From contig OX597830.1 of assembly GCA_951406725.2 (NCBI GenBank), forward strand, positions 51,832,001 to 51,896,000: 64,000 bases of DNA. The letters are read 5' to 3'. The notes beneath the pieces were generated by a model, which saw only the letters and a program-made list of their open reading frames with translations, was not told where the DNA came from and did not search any database. This document shows positions 39,124 through 52,289 of the stretch, in pieces (the first letter of the stretch is position 1; every line of letters starts with the position of its first letter). The DNA is from Octopus vulgaris. Its lineage: Eukaryota. Both the position numbers and the translations under genes were made by a program.

Positions 39124-41415
39124 TTACTCGTTGTTCGAAAGTCCTTTGTCTTTCACCTCACGGTCTTCTTCTATGAGGCTTTTGTATAGTTTTTTTGATG
39201 AATACTTTTGAAATCTCCCTACTGCATCAGGGTAAAGAGATTTCAGGGTGCTGTATGTGTTCTGTGTTACATGTATTATTTTAATGTGTTGTGGTGGTGT
39301 TGTGCGTGGGTGGTTAATTGTTTTTATGTCGTTTTCAGTTATGTTGGTGTTTGACCTAATGTGTTCCATTATGTCGTGGTTGTTTGTGTTTATGGCTGTC
39401 AACATTGTTGGGGGGTTTGATGATGGTGTGTTTGTGTTGATGTGTTTGTTTTCTGTGGATGTTTTTGTTTCGGGAGTGGTGTATCTTCCTGCTTTGTTTG
39501 TTATCTTTTCTTTTCTTTTTTTCCCCCTTTTTCTTCTCCCCCCTGTGGCTATTTGCCAATCTTCTGTGTCTTCTTCGTCTAATGACAAATCAGAAGAATC
39601 AGAGCTTGGAAGAGGGAAAATATTGGGGTCTATTGTAGACTGTGTTGATTTTGTTGTTGGTGTTGGTTGGTGAGCGTTTGGTTGTAGTGTATGCGGTTTT
39701 GGAGGTGGGGTGTGGGTATTTTGTGTTTGAGTGATTGTAGGTATTGTTGTGTTGTTTGGGGTCTCAATTTTGTGGGGAATTGTTTCTTCATTTTCGCTGA
39801 GTGTCTTTTTGGCAAGATGTCCTTGGTTTGGGAGTTGGTTTATTCTTGGTTGTTGTTGTTGGTGATGTTGCTTCTGTTCTTGGTGCAGTTGGTGTGGTTG
39901 TTTGGTTGGTGAGGTTTGTTTTTTGTTGGTTTTCTGTGATTAGTCCTGTTCGTGCAAAACGTGGTGTGGGTAGTAAACCTGGTTTATTTGTTTTTTCCGG
40001 CTGCTGTTGTTGTTGCTGTTGTTTTCTTGCGGCAGGTTTGCAGTCTTTTTTAGGTGTTGCTCACTGCCGCATATGTAGCAACGTGGTCTTCTGCCATCGA
40101 CGACCACATACAACTTGTGGTCTTCTGATACACAAATCTGGATGGGTATTTTTTTTATGTCTTCTTGATTTATATGTAGTAGAAATTCTACTTTTTTTCC
40201 CACCCAGTTTTTGTGCTCCGTGACCGTGATTTCTAAAATAGTGAAATGTTTCATTTTTACACATAAGGCCTTTACTAGCCATAGATTATTAGCTATTTTT
40301 GGGACATTGTTTAAAGTGATCTTAGTCACTTTCTGTCCCCGATAGCTTGGTGTTAATGTAAGTTCATCTGAATGAAGAGTTAGCGTTGAGAAACGTCTTG
40401 CTAACTCTTCAGTGTGGAAAACCACTTGTATGTGTGCGAACTTGTTCCACCAGGTCACGTAGTCTTTGTAGTTCCAGATGGGTTTCAAGCATTTTTCTAT
40501 TTTGCTTGTGTTAGCCTTCTCTGGGCTTTTGTTTTCTTATTAATTATTTTATAAATAATTGTTCTTTTTTTTTCATCTTCTAATATTTCTTCTGGTATGT
40601 TTATTTTTACTACGCCATCTATTTCTGTTATTGTAATGTTCGTGTCCTTTATTTGTTGAGCAGTAAAATATACTGTTGTCTTTTTTCTTTAATCGCCTCG
40701 GCGAAATTTGTTGTTGTTTTGTTATTGTTGTTGCTGGTGGTGATGTTGTTGTTGGCTGCAGTTGGCAAAATTGGTGTATTTGGTTTGATTGTGCAAGTAG
40801 GAAGGGGTGGAAATTATTTTCATAATTTATCCCTGTATTCGAGCAGCTTTTGTCAATTTGTTTGGTGGTCACAGTCTTTTGTTTATTCACTTCAGTTCTT
40901 GTTGTTGGAGTAAAACAGGTCTGAACGGAATTGTTGTTGTTGTTATTGTTGTTTTTGTTGTTGGTGGTGGTGTCAGTGGCAGAAGAGACAGCCGTGGCAG
41001 CAGATGTCGAAATGGTGGCGCAATTTTTATTTTTGTTGTCATTGTTATTGTTGTTGTTGTTGGTAGTTGAGGTAGTGGATGAGGTGGCGGCGGTGGTGGT
41101 GGTGGTGGTGAAGGTGGTGGTGGTAACAGTAGTAGTCTCTATGTTGTTCTTGCTAGTGGCGGTGTTGGTGACAGGGCTGTTACTACAAGTAGTTGTAGCG
41201 TTCATTGCAAAGTCATTGATGATTTTACTTTGTGCGCATAAATTCTTTTTTTCTCCTAGCGTTTCCAGTCTAGGAGAAAGCTGGTCGATAAAGGAACGCG
41301 ACCATCGTTCTACAATACAATATCTTGACATTTTGAAAATGTCGAGAAAGAAATTACAAACATTAAATAGGGTTGAAACTGCCCCTAGGGGCGAATTCCT
41401 CCCTTGGAAAAGCAC
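39124..41415 (-). pseudogene. LINE ORF1 (gag-like, T/N-rich N-terminus, zinc knuckle), frameshifted
   Basis: ORF pieces 41415-40573, 40488-39940 (GRRPRCYICGSEQH) and 39588-39124 lie upstream of ORF2. Confidence 0.75.
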
Positions 41416-41534
41416 TCAAACGAAAGTTGGGTGCCTTACACAACTTATTTACAAAAATGTACACAAAAATTGGGCTATAAATAGTCAAAATAAACGATTA
41501 CCTTCGGAGTCGAAGTGACAGCACGTCCATAGAC

Positions 41535-41671
<137 letters not shown>

Positions 41672-41814
41672 CATGCATGATAAATACACACACAGGTAGA
41701 TAGGGAGAGATATGTATCTTAGATGCTGTCCTTACAGAATGTAAATTCAAATCCATTACATGGTGTAAAGGTATTCTTTGAACTGGCATTATATATTTGT
41801 GATAGACACTTCCA

Positions 41815-41862
<48 letters not shown>

Positions 41863-41980
41863 GGGGGGGAGGGTGTATAGATACATATTCATTTATGTAA
41901 TATATGTATGTATATATAATGTGTATAATTATATATACAGTGTGTGTTAAATAAATCATTAAATAACTACTATCGTTATC

Positions 41981-42113
<133 letters not shown>

Positions 42114-42457
42114 GCAACGACTAGCTAATTGGACTATATCTATTGCTGTGAATAAAGCATTTTAAATTTAAATATTTTGTAATAACTTTTTCCTTAATAT
42201 AGTTTAATGCTGCTATAGGCCTCTTCATTCGAATCTGTGTCATACATTACCTAAAAGCGTGTGTCTGTGTGTGTAACTGCGTGGTTGGTGCGTGTATGTG
42301 AATGAGATTGTCAATGGTGCGCATGTGAATATAGTTTTTATTGAATACGTAGGTGTGGTGGGTGTATGCGTGCGTGTCTCTGTTTTCCATTCGAATGTTT
42401 GTCTATGTGCTTTCGTAGGTGCGCGTATGTTTGTGTGTAGACGCGCCTATACATATA

Positions 42458-42494
<37 letters not shown>

Positions 42495-42498
<4 letters not shown>

Positions 42499-43660
42499 AA
42501 ACTGTCATCTAAACCACGCAAAAATGAAAATAACACAGATATCACATTTTAACACATATATTTAACAAAATTGCATAAAAATATCTTGAAATACTAAAGA
42601 GTAAATTTATTCAATAAAATCATCATTTGCTTCAACCACGGCCTCCAGACGACTTGGGAATCTCCTGCAACTCTTCTGGGTGGTCTTCATATTTCAATTG
42701 GTGAATGCTGCCATAATCCTTGCCTACAATTCGTCTTTGGTATTACGAAGAGTTTTGTTGGTCCCTTGCTCGACTACGCCCCACACATAATAATCAAGGG
42801 GATTGCTGCCTGGGGAGTTAGGTGGCCAGATGTTAGGGGTGATGTGGTCAGAGAAATTGTCTGACGGCCATGACTGGCTACTGCTGCTTGTGTGGCATGG
42901 TGCAGAGTCCTGTTGCCAAACATAGCGCTTCCAATAGCCACCCTCTTCACCCAGGGCAGCACTACCTCCTCCCGGCACTTGATGCTGGTCTCTGTCTTGA
43001 ATCTGTGGCCATGTGGGAAGATGAATGGAGGCATAACGTTGCCATCACTAGTGATCACTCAAGACACTATGATGTTGACTGGATGTTTGATTTTTATCAC
43101 TCCCGGTATATGTTTTCTGGACAAGGCAAAACAACGGTTGTTCTGTTTGTTCCCCATTTGATCTTGTAATTTTTTCACGTCTGAGACAAGCCAAAGCATA
43201 TTCGGTTGCACCGAATGCTGCTTGAGTTTGTTCAAATACTTTGCACTGAAGTTTTTACTTTCATCCTTAACGGATTAGTATAACAATTGGCCCTTTGTCA
43301 TGTTGCGTGAGAAATACCAAATGTCTTCATGTACTACCTACCTGATAAGAAACTCAGATGCTCCCATGTCCCTGACACGGCCGTGAGATTGTTGTCAATC
43401 ATGGCCTGGATTTCACCAACAACTTCAGTTCTTTTCTTATCAGAACGATCAGAGTGAGTTTTCCGAGCTGCCGTACCTTCGTATTCACCATTAGACTCAT
43501 CCTAGTCTTTCTGAATCCTGTGCATTTTCCTCAGGTTGACATCCAAACACTCTGGAATGATCGTATTGGAGCTTCATTTCCAAATTTCTGGCAGAGAGAT
43601 TTGCGTCATGATTCTGTTTTTCTCACATACTAAATAGATATAGTTCAGACTGTCTATCAC
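42495..43660 (-). mobile_element. DD37D (maT) Tc1/mariner transposon relic
   Basis: QQDSAPCH...WPPNSPGSNPLDYYVW with 37 residues between the two D residues; frameshifted. Confidence 0.85.
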
Positions 43661-43716
43661 AAAAATATATCCATATACATATACCTACATACGTACATAC
43701 ATACATACATACATAC

Positions 43717-43770
<54 letters not shown>

Positions 43771-43808
43771 ATATATATATATATATGGATATAGATATAT
43801 ATGGATAT

Positions 43809-43903
<95 letters not shown>

Positions 43904-44167
43904 TACATATATACATATATGCATATATATATATATATACATATATATATTATATTTTGTGAAATAGAAAGATGAATAATCTTGTTGCAGATTAATCAAA
44001 AGTTTAACCGATACCTTGGTAGCAAAAAACACAGCAGAAGACAGCACGGTTGGAGGTACAACCATATGGTGTTGCAACCGTGCGTTGCTGCGGATAATTG
44101 AATTTTAATATTATTAGTGAATTGAAGAAATGGAGTTGAACGAAGATTGAACAGAAATCGTTTTATT

Positions 44168-44248
44168 GCATTCTACACGTGTTTCGAAAGGCACAATTTA
44201 CCAAATTCCGATTGAATAAGGAGACCATGTCTTTCTCTTCAGGAAGAA
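44168..44248 (-). ncRNA. Hammerhead ribozyme, minimal stem III (dimer type), in a (TA)n-flanked insert
   Basis: UUC-CUGAAGA-GAAAGACA...UGCCUUUC-GAAACACGUGUA|GAA, with palindromic ACACGUGU and AAUAAA immediately downstream. Confidence 0.7.
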
Positions 44249-44639
44249 ATAGGAAATCCGTTGGAAAAAACGTTCTCCACGTTCTGTTTCTGTTCTATAT
44301 ATATTATATGTATATTATTTACATATAATATATGTGTATATGTATGTATGTATATACATTATTGTGTGTGGGGAGAGTAATTGCTTGTTATTATTTATCA
44401 CCCTAACCGGTTTCGTTTCCACTCATTAATTACTTATTGTTTCTAAAATTTTCGTTGCGCTGGGAATCCTTTTCTATACTCATTCAACATCTATTGAAAG
44501 GGTTGCAAGACGAAGCGGTGAGTGTGTTGAATAATAAGGCACTAAAAAAAGACGACTCTCCCCAGACACCATAAAATATGCTTCAATAAACGTATTCACA
44601 TAAAAGAATCATGCAGATCAAATCCCAAAACGAAATATG

Positions 44640-44671
<32 letters not shown>

Positions 44672-44811
44672 CTTCTTTTGTGAACTAGACTTTCAATGGG
44701 TTGGATTCTATTTTGCCCGGTATATATCTAATATTGTATGTATATATTTTATTAATTTCCCAGTACGGCTGATAATTCGCTTACCAGTTGTGATGGTATT
44801 TTAATAATAAT

Positions 44812-44970
<159 letters not shown>

Positions 44971-45002
44971 CAGATATGTACATACATATATATCTATATA
45001 TA

Positions 45003-45287
45003 GGATGGTCCCAGCTGAAACGATCAACGGAAAAGCTTGATCGTGAAATTAACGTGCAAGTGACTGAGCAATCCGCAGACGCGTGTACCCCTAACGTAGT
45101 TCTCGGGGAGATTCAGCGTGACACAGAGTGTGACAAGGCTGGCCCTTTGAAATACAGGTACAACTCATTTTTGCCAGCTGAATGGACTGGAGCAACCTGA
45201 AATAAAGTGTCTTGCTCAAGGACACAACGCGTCGGCGGGAATTGAACTCACGACCCTACAATCGTGAGCCACTAACCACTAAGCCAA
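45003..45287 (-). mobile_element. CORE-like tRNA SINE (related to family D, different tail)
   Basis: GTGTCCTTGAGCAAGACACTTT...TTGCTCCAGTCCATTCAGCTG core with A/B boxes on the minus strand. Confidence 0.8.
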
Positions 45288-45371
45288 GTATATATTACTT
45301 ATGTGTGGGGGTAAATATTGATATATGTGGAGTTTATATATGTGTATACGAATATATATATACATATATAT

Positions 45372-45558
45372 AGGGAGAGTTTATGAAAAAGACAAAAGAG
45401 GAAGACAGGTGGTGTACAAAACAAACATATGTATTAGTATAACGCTAAGGAATAGAAAAAGTCTTTTACGTTTCGAGCCTACGCTCTTCTACAGAAAGGG
45501 AGACAGAAAAAACAAGGAGAGAAAAAAAATGTGTGTAGTGGCTAACGATCTATCATGG
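45372..45558 (-). mobile_element. Family E (TA)n-abutting repeat copy
   Basis: Reverse complement of 8637-8812. Confidence 0.7.
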
Positions 45559-45899
45559 CGACATATGTATGTGTGTGTGTGAATACGAATACAAATATAT
45601 GTATGCATGTTTATGTATATTTTTGTGTACATATGGGTGTGTTTTTGAGAGAGAGATAGAGAGTGGGTGTATTTTTGTTATATTTGCTATCTCTAAATGT
45701 ATATGTTTGTATGAGTAATAAATGTATGTAAGAGTTAAAAGTGAGCTACGCCCCTATGATAACATATCCAATGATGTGCGTGCGTGTATGTGCACATGTG
45801 AGGGCGTAAAAGAGGAAGCCAAGAACGTTTAGTCACGGATCTGTCAACGATATACGCGTTGTGCTTGCTACACGCCATAATATTATTTGATAAACACCA

Positions 45900-46290
45900 C
45901 GGGTAGTGAGTGAAGCAAGGTGGTGTTGGGTGAAACAATGAGAAATTAGGGTAAGGCAAAGAAGTATTGATAAAGTAAGGAAAAAATTGAGGGAAACTAG
46001 GGAAAGGTTGAGGTAACAAAAGTTGGGTTGAAGCAAGGGGAATATTGAGTGAAACAGGAGTGGAGGAGAAAATGTTAGTGAAGTAAGGAGATGCTAGAGT
46101 AAATCAACCGGAATGTTGAGTGAAAATGGTAAGGAGTAAACCAAGGTAAAGTTGATTAAGGCCAGTGAAAGTTTGTGTAAAGTAATGGGATGGTTGAGTG
46201 AAGCAAGTGGAAAATGGAGTGAAGCAAAAGGTTAATTTAACCAAAGGAAAGAGTGAATGAGGTAAAAAATGTTTGAAAGTGAACGAGTAT
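45900..46290. repeat. Degenerate ~20-bp purine-rich minisatellite
   Basis: Recurring TTGAGTGAAGCAAGG-like unit. Confidence 0.6.
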
Positions 46291-46388
46291 CACTAACAAT
46301 TAAAAAATGTATGGTATTCTAAGGTTCTAAGACAAGTTTCACCGTCGTTCCCGTGCTGTATATATGGTATGTCATTAGTTCTGTATAG

Positions 46389-46449
<61 letters not shown>

Positions 46450-46503
46450 TATACATAAATATATATACATATATATATATATACATACATATGTAAATAT
46501 GTA

Positions 46504-46547
<44 letters not shown>

Positions 46548-46951
46548 CATATGTAAATATGTATATATATATACATATATATATATATACATATATATAA
46601 ACACACACACACATATATACATTATATACATAGATACATGCATATACACTCGCATATTAAATGTATGTATACAACAAATACACACATACATGTCAGTATA
46701 CGTGCTTATATATGTGTGTGTGTGTATATGTGTATAAATTCATACATGCATGCCTACTCATATATATTCACACACATGTGTACTGATATATATATACAAG
46801 GATATGTATCATATTATCTATATATATCAACATTCTACACACCCAGACGCCCACACACCGACATACACTCACACACACACACCGACATACACACACACAC
46901 ACACATATATATAATAAAGGTGACGAATACTCAATTCTAAAACCTAAAGTG

Positions 46952-47096
<145 letters not shown>

Positions 47097-47098
47097 AT

Positions 47099-47170
<72 letters not shown>

Positions 47171-47233
47171 TAGATATAGATATAGGTAATACAGGTGGCT
47201 ATATTATCTATAGTGATATATATACATACACAC

Positions 47234-47293
<60 letters not shown>

Positions 47294-48610
47294 GTATATA
47301 TATATATACATACGTATATACACACATACATACATACATACATACATACATACATAAATACATACATACATAAATACATACTTACATATATTGTTGTCAA
47401 ATATATGCGTGTGGGTGTGTATTGTATATGAGACTTTAGTACGTTAGAAATCTAGGTTGTTCTTTGTAATAAAAATTAATACAATTTCCATAATCTCAAT
47501 GCCGCCTGCTTTTTAACATTCATTCGAAAGGTGGTTCGTTTGATAAACCCTCTAACCGTTTGATTTCACTGAATGATCGCCATTGCTCGCACATTTGTTT
47601 TGTGTCTAGCTAAACTATCGGCTCAAGACGTCCCAATTCCAAGTAGCAATTAAACAATGAGTAACTTCATTATCCTCGGAGCCATGTGGTTAAAGAGTTT
47701 GCTTCGCAAATGAATGGATTTTGGATTGATTCTCCTTGGTTCACCGAAATCTTGTGTATGATATTTAGTAGACCGACATTGTGTGAGAACCTGTTGAAAA
47801 GTGATATTTAGTACTTCCTTATTAGTTTGAATCTTTCAAGCATTTTCGCACCACATCTTGGTCCACGAGCAAGTGTAATTATATGACCATGCGACCACGC
47901 GACCATGCGAACCTCAGCAGATGCAGATATGTATTACACAAATAATAAACTCCTACATACCCACGATCACCACAAACACACACAACCCCACACACACACA
48001 CACACTCATACAAAACCTCCTCACAGACACAAACTCCCACACCCTCCCACACACAGCCCTATTCGCACCTTCCCAACTTCTCCACGTTCTGTTCATTGCT
48101 ACATGCTAACCTAAGTTGGTCACAACTTGCATCAAGAGCGTTCCAACCGTGGCTACTTTTCTCACTATATTATTAAACAAACGTTGATATAAGAAGGCGG
48201 GGTTTCCTTTGAGAGCAATTTACTTGCTATTTCCAGCAAAGTGCACGACCACATCAATATTCCTGCTGTGATCGCTTCTCTTCTGCCTCACAAAACCATC
48301 AAGGTAAAGTCAACGGGGTCTTTTCACCAGCCAAAAATAGGAGAAAATTTTCCTCAAATCATCACAGTGTCTTAGACAATGGCGCTCTGGATAATGTGAT
48401 CCCAGCTTCCTACGAAGAAAAAAGACAGGATAGTCACAGTTGGAATTGCTTGGAGTAAACCTGGGGTCAAACAAATTCAACAACAACATCAACAGGGAAA
48501 TAATTATATTTTCGTTGCGTGTTTTTTTTTTTTCCGACGCACACAATTGCCTTGTGGCTTGTGTTAGTGATATGATAACGAAATTATTTAGAGCAGAACC
48601 ATTATTATCA

Positions 48611-49028
48611 AGGCAGCGAGCTGGTCGACACGTTAGCACGCCGGCCGAAATGCGTAGCCGTATTTCGTCTGCTGCTACCTTTCTGGGTTCAAATTCCGCC
48701 GAAGTCGACTTTGCTTTTCATCCTTTCAGGGTCGATAAATTAAATACTAGTTACGCACTGGGGTCGATGTAATCGACTTAATCCCTTTGTCTGTCCTTGT
48801 TTGTCCCCTCTATGTTTAGCCCCTTGTGGGCAGTAAAGAAATACGTATTTCGTCTGCCGCTACCTTTCTGGGTTCAAATTCCGCCGAAGTCGACTTTGCT
48901 TTTCATCCTTTCGGGGTCGATAAATTAACTACTAGTTACGCACTGGGGTCGATGTAATCGACTTAATCCCTTTGTTTGTCTATGTTTTTCCCCTCTATGT
49001 TTAGCCCCTTTGTGGGTAATAAAGAAAT
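48611..49028 (+). mobile_element. SINE family B with tandem duplication of its 3' ~185 bp
   Basis: Units 48659-48843 and 48845-49028; imperfect TSD TTAGAGCWGAAYCATTATT. Confidence 0.88.
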
Positions 49029-49199
49029 TAGAGCTGAATCATTATTTGTAAAATCGAAGAGAAGCGTCACCAGTTAGCGGTGTATTTGATATCAATATTA
49101 ATAGTTAGTGCATCTTTCCTATATTTCACGGCGTTTGTTCAAAAATATTCTAGATTTTATGAGTTTAGGAAGACAGTATTCGACCAAAGTCGCTATGAA

Positions 49200-49560
49200 C
49201 AGCCGCCATTATTATCATCATCATCATTGCCGTTATCATCGTCATCATCATCACATTCACAATCTTTACTCTACCACTTCTATTAAGGTCACGATAATCT
49301 AACCGTCGTCATCATCATCGCTACCACCAACAACAACAACAGCAACACGAATACCTCCACCACCGTGACCATTATCACAACCAACACCACGCCGCCACCA
49401 TCATCTACAACACAGCCATCGCCATCATTGCTTTCATCCTTATCGTAACCATCACTACCATCACCACCTTAATCACCTCATCGTCACCAGCACCGCCATC
49501 ACTATCATCACTACCACTACAACCATCACCATGTTCACCACCACTAACAACGCCATTACA
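49200..49560. repeat. (CAT/CAC/CAA)n low-complexity trinucleotide tract
   Basis: Read directly. Confidence 0.9.
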
Positions 49561-50203
49561 TACGCATACCATGTTCAAACTTGGATATTAAGTGTCACTT
49601 AACCATGGGATTAATGATGGACGAATTGTAACATAAAATTTCCAACGAAAATGGCGAAGAATAACGTCTTTAGGAGAGGTTCTGCGGACATAAAACCTGA
49701 CTATACATACAGAAACATCGTTAAATTAAGGTTAAACGTTCCAAGAAGTCTAAAGAGGAGGGAGAGATAGAAAGAGAAATGCGGGAAAGAAAGAGAGAGA
49801 GCGAGGGCAAGAGAGAGCGAGGGTGGAGAAAGAGGAAGGGAAAAAGAAACACATGAGTTGTTCTATTGTCTATAGCATCTAAAATGAAGAGCAAAATAGT
49901 TAAAATTTAAATACAGTGGGGTGTCTCATATGTGGTGTAGTAAGTGGAAAAACTTCGATCAAACTGCAGTATCTTAGTAATTAGTACACACAGCCTCCCT
50001 CTAGGAGTGTTTAAAATTAACAGCAACATGCAAAGGAGATAACTTTAAGATTAGGTGATATAAACTGTTGGACAATGGAGACAATGAAGATTGCAGTAGA
50101 TGTGGAAGAAAGACGGGATGGTCACCGTTTGTGAGAATAAAAACCATGTTTTGGTGTTATAAAAACCTTCTCAAATATATTCTACTTGAGAAGACAAACA
50201 CTG

Positions 50204-50263
<60 letters not shown>

Positions 50264-50290
50264 GTATATATATATGTATATATATACTCA

Positions 50291-50689
50291 TTTACTCATT
50301 TACTTGTTTCAGTCATTTGACTGCGGCCATGCTGGAGCACCGCCTTTAGTCGAGCAAATCGACCCCGGGACTTATTCTTTGTAAGCCCAGTAATTATTCT
50401 ATCGGTCTCTTTTGCCGAACCGCTAAGTGACGGGGACGTAAACACACCAGCATCGGTTGTCAAGCAATGCTAGAGGGACAAACACACAAACATACACACA
50501 CACATACACATATATATATACATATATACGACAGGCTTCTTTCAGTTTCCGTCTACCAAATCCACTCACAAGGCTTTGGTCAGCCCGAGGCTGTAGCAGA
50601 AGACACTTGCCCAAGATGGCACGCAGTGGGAATGAACCCGGAACCATGTGGTTGGTTAGCAAGCTACTTACCACACAGCCACTCCTGCG

Positions 50690-50692
<3 letters not shown>
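50291..50692 (-). mobile_element. SINE family A, full length (plus a partial copy at 50720-50865)
   Basis: Reverse complement of 10448-10868. Confidence 0.9.
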
Positions 50693-50723
<31 letters not shown>

Positions 50724-50964
50724 GATTGGCTTCTTTCAAAGCCACTTACAAGGCTTTGGTGGGTCCGAGGCTATGGTAGAAGACCCTTTCCCAGAGGTGC
50801 CACGCAGCAGGTTTGAAACCGGAATCATGTGGTTAGGAAGCAAGCTTCTCACCACATCGGCTACGCACGCACACACACACACATATATATACGCACATAC
50901 ACACAAATACATACACACACACAAACAACCATATATATATTGTATATATAAATTTTAAAATAAT

Positions 50965-51326
50965 AAGGGTGAAAAATTTAATATTAATTTGATTAATATC
51001 AATTTAAAACCAGTGGTTCAGCATATTAAGAAGTCTGATGATTCAGAAAAATTATATTACATACATATAAGAGGGATGACCACTAAGTGGACATCCATTA
51101 TGCTAGAAGTAGCCCCCTACCCCTATGGTCTTACCACTAAGAAAGGGTTGTTCTCAAGAAAATTTAGCAAACGCCAATCGCTTCATTTGTCTTGCTCGCT
51201 TACGTTCTGGCGATTGGTAAATTCTCTTGAGAACAATCCTTTCTTAGTGGTAAGACAACAGAGGCTCTACTTCTAGCATAATGGATGTCCACTTAGTGGT
51301 CATCCTTCTTATATGTATGTTATATA
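50965..51326 (-). mobile_element. (TA)n-flanked insertion: four-helix motif copy 6 plus ~120-bp inversion
   Basis: Arms ~51053-51176 and 51208-51326; P2 GGAUGUCCAC/GUGGUCAUCC, P3 UCUGA/UCAGA, P4 GGU...ACC+CUUA. Confidence 0.65.
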
Positions 51327-51332
51327 TATGTA

Positions 51333-51365
<33 letters not shown>

Positions 51366-51370
51366 GTATA

Positions 51371-51408
<38 letters not shown>

Positions 51409-51417
51409 AATAATAAT

Positions 51418-52173
51418 CAGGGATAAAATCTTTATAAGATTTTATGGAATAGGCAGTATGTAATAAACCATATAGGTAATAATCAGTACAAGTATATACA
51501 ATTACATAAATATAATTATAATTATAAGGACACTAATGAATAGCGCTACATGCTAGAAATAGCCGCCAAATGACTTTAAGAACAACAGTTACTTGCTCCA
51601 TCAGCACGGATTGAAAGCGAGGAAAGTAAATAAGATTTCTTAAAAGTGGTTTAACTATAGATCGATTTCTGGTTTAGAGATGTAAAAATCTCCTACTTTC
51701 ATCAGTACATTTTGACCAATTGTACATAATTATAAACATTTATACATATCAATACGAATATCGCATATCCCACATTTATATACGAGCTAAATCTAATTTA
51801 TCCACCTCAACACGTGCACATACGACCGAAAATGATACCGCAGTAACCATTCTGGTCGGAGCGATTTGTATTTATTTATTTAATAACGAAGGAAAAAGTC
51901 TTTATAAGATTTTATCAAGAAGCGATATTCGCATAGGTATGTATAAATGTTTACAATTATGTACAATTGGTCAAACTATACTATGAAAGTTGGAGATTTT
52001 ACATCTCCAAACCAGAAATCGATTTATAGTTAAACCTCTTTTAAGAATTCTTATTTATTCACTTTCCTTGCTTTCAATCCGTGCTAATAGAGCGATTAAC
52101 TGTAGTTCTTAGAGCCACTTGGCGTCTATTTCTAGCATGTGGTGCTATTCATTAGTTCCTTTATTATTATAAT
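51418..52173 (-). mobile_element. (TA)n-flanked insertion: hammerhead, four-helix motif copy 7 and ~250-bp inversion
   Basis: Arms ~51515-51764 and 51922-52173. Hammerhead 51656-51709(-) reads UGUA-CUGAUGA...GAAA-UCGA-UC|UAUA, with a mirror relic at 51975-52030. Confidence 0.7.
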
Positions 52174-52176
52174 CAT

Positions 52177-52217
<41 letters not shown>

Positions 52218-52289
52218 AATATAAACTTTAACTTTTGAATTTGTGTCAGCTTTAAAGCTGCAGTCATGCTGAGGCACCTTCGTTATTTG

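Larger units (their letters stand above)
35336..41528 (-). mobile_element. Near full-length Tx1-group (L1 clade) LINE, disrupted, in (GATA)n
   Basis: ORF1 with a CYICGSEQH knuckle; ORF2 APE-RT-zinc finger; AATAAA near the 3' end; (GATA/GACA)n at 34976-35335 and 41529-41670. Confidence 0.93.

Noticed and set aside
51552-51563. GCTAGAAATAGC identical to part of the SpCas9 sgRNA scaffold
   Set aside because: A 12-nt coincidence; the flanks do not match and it is the reverse complement of the repeat leader motif.
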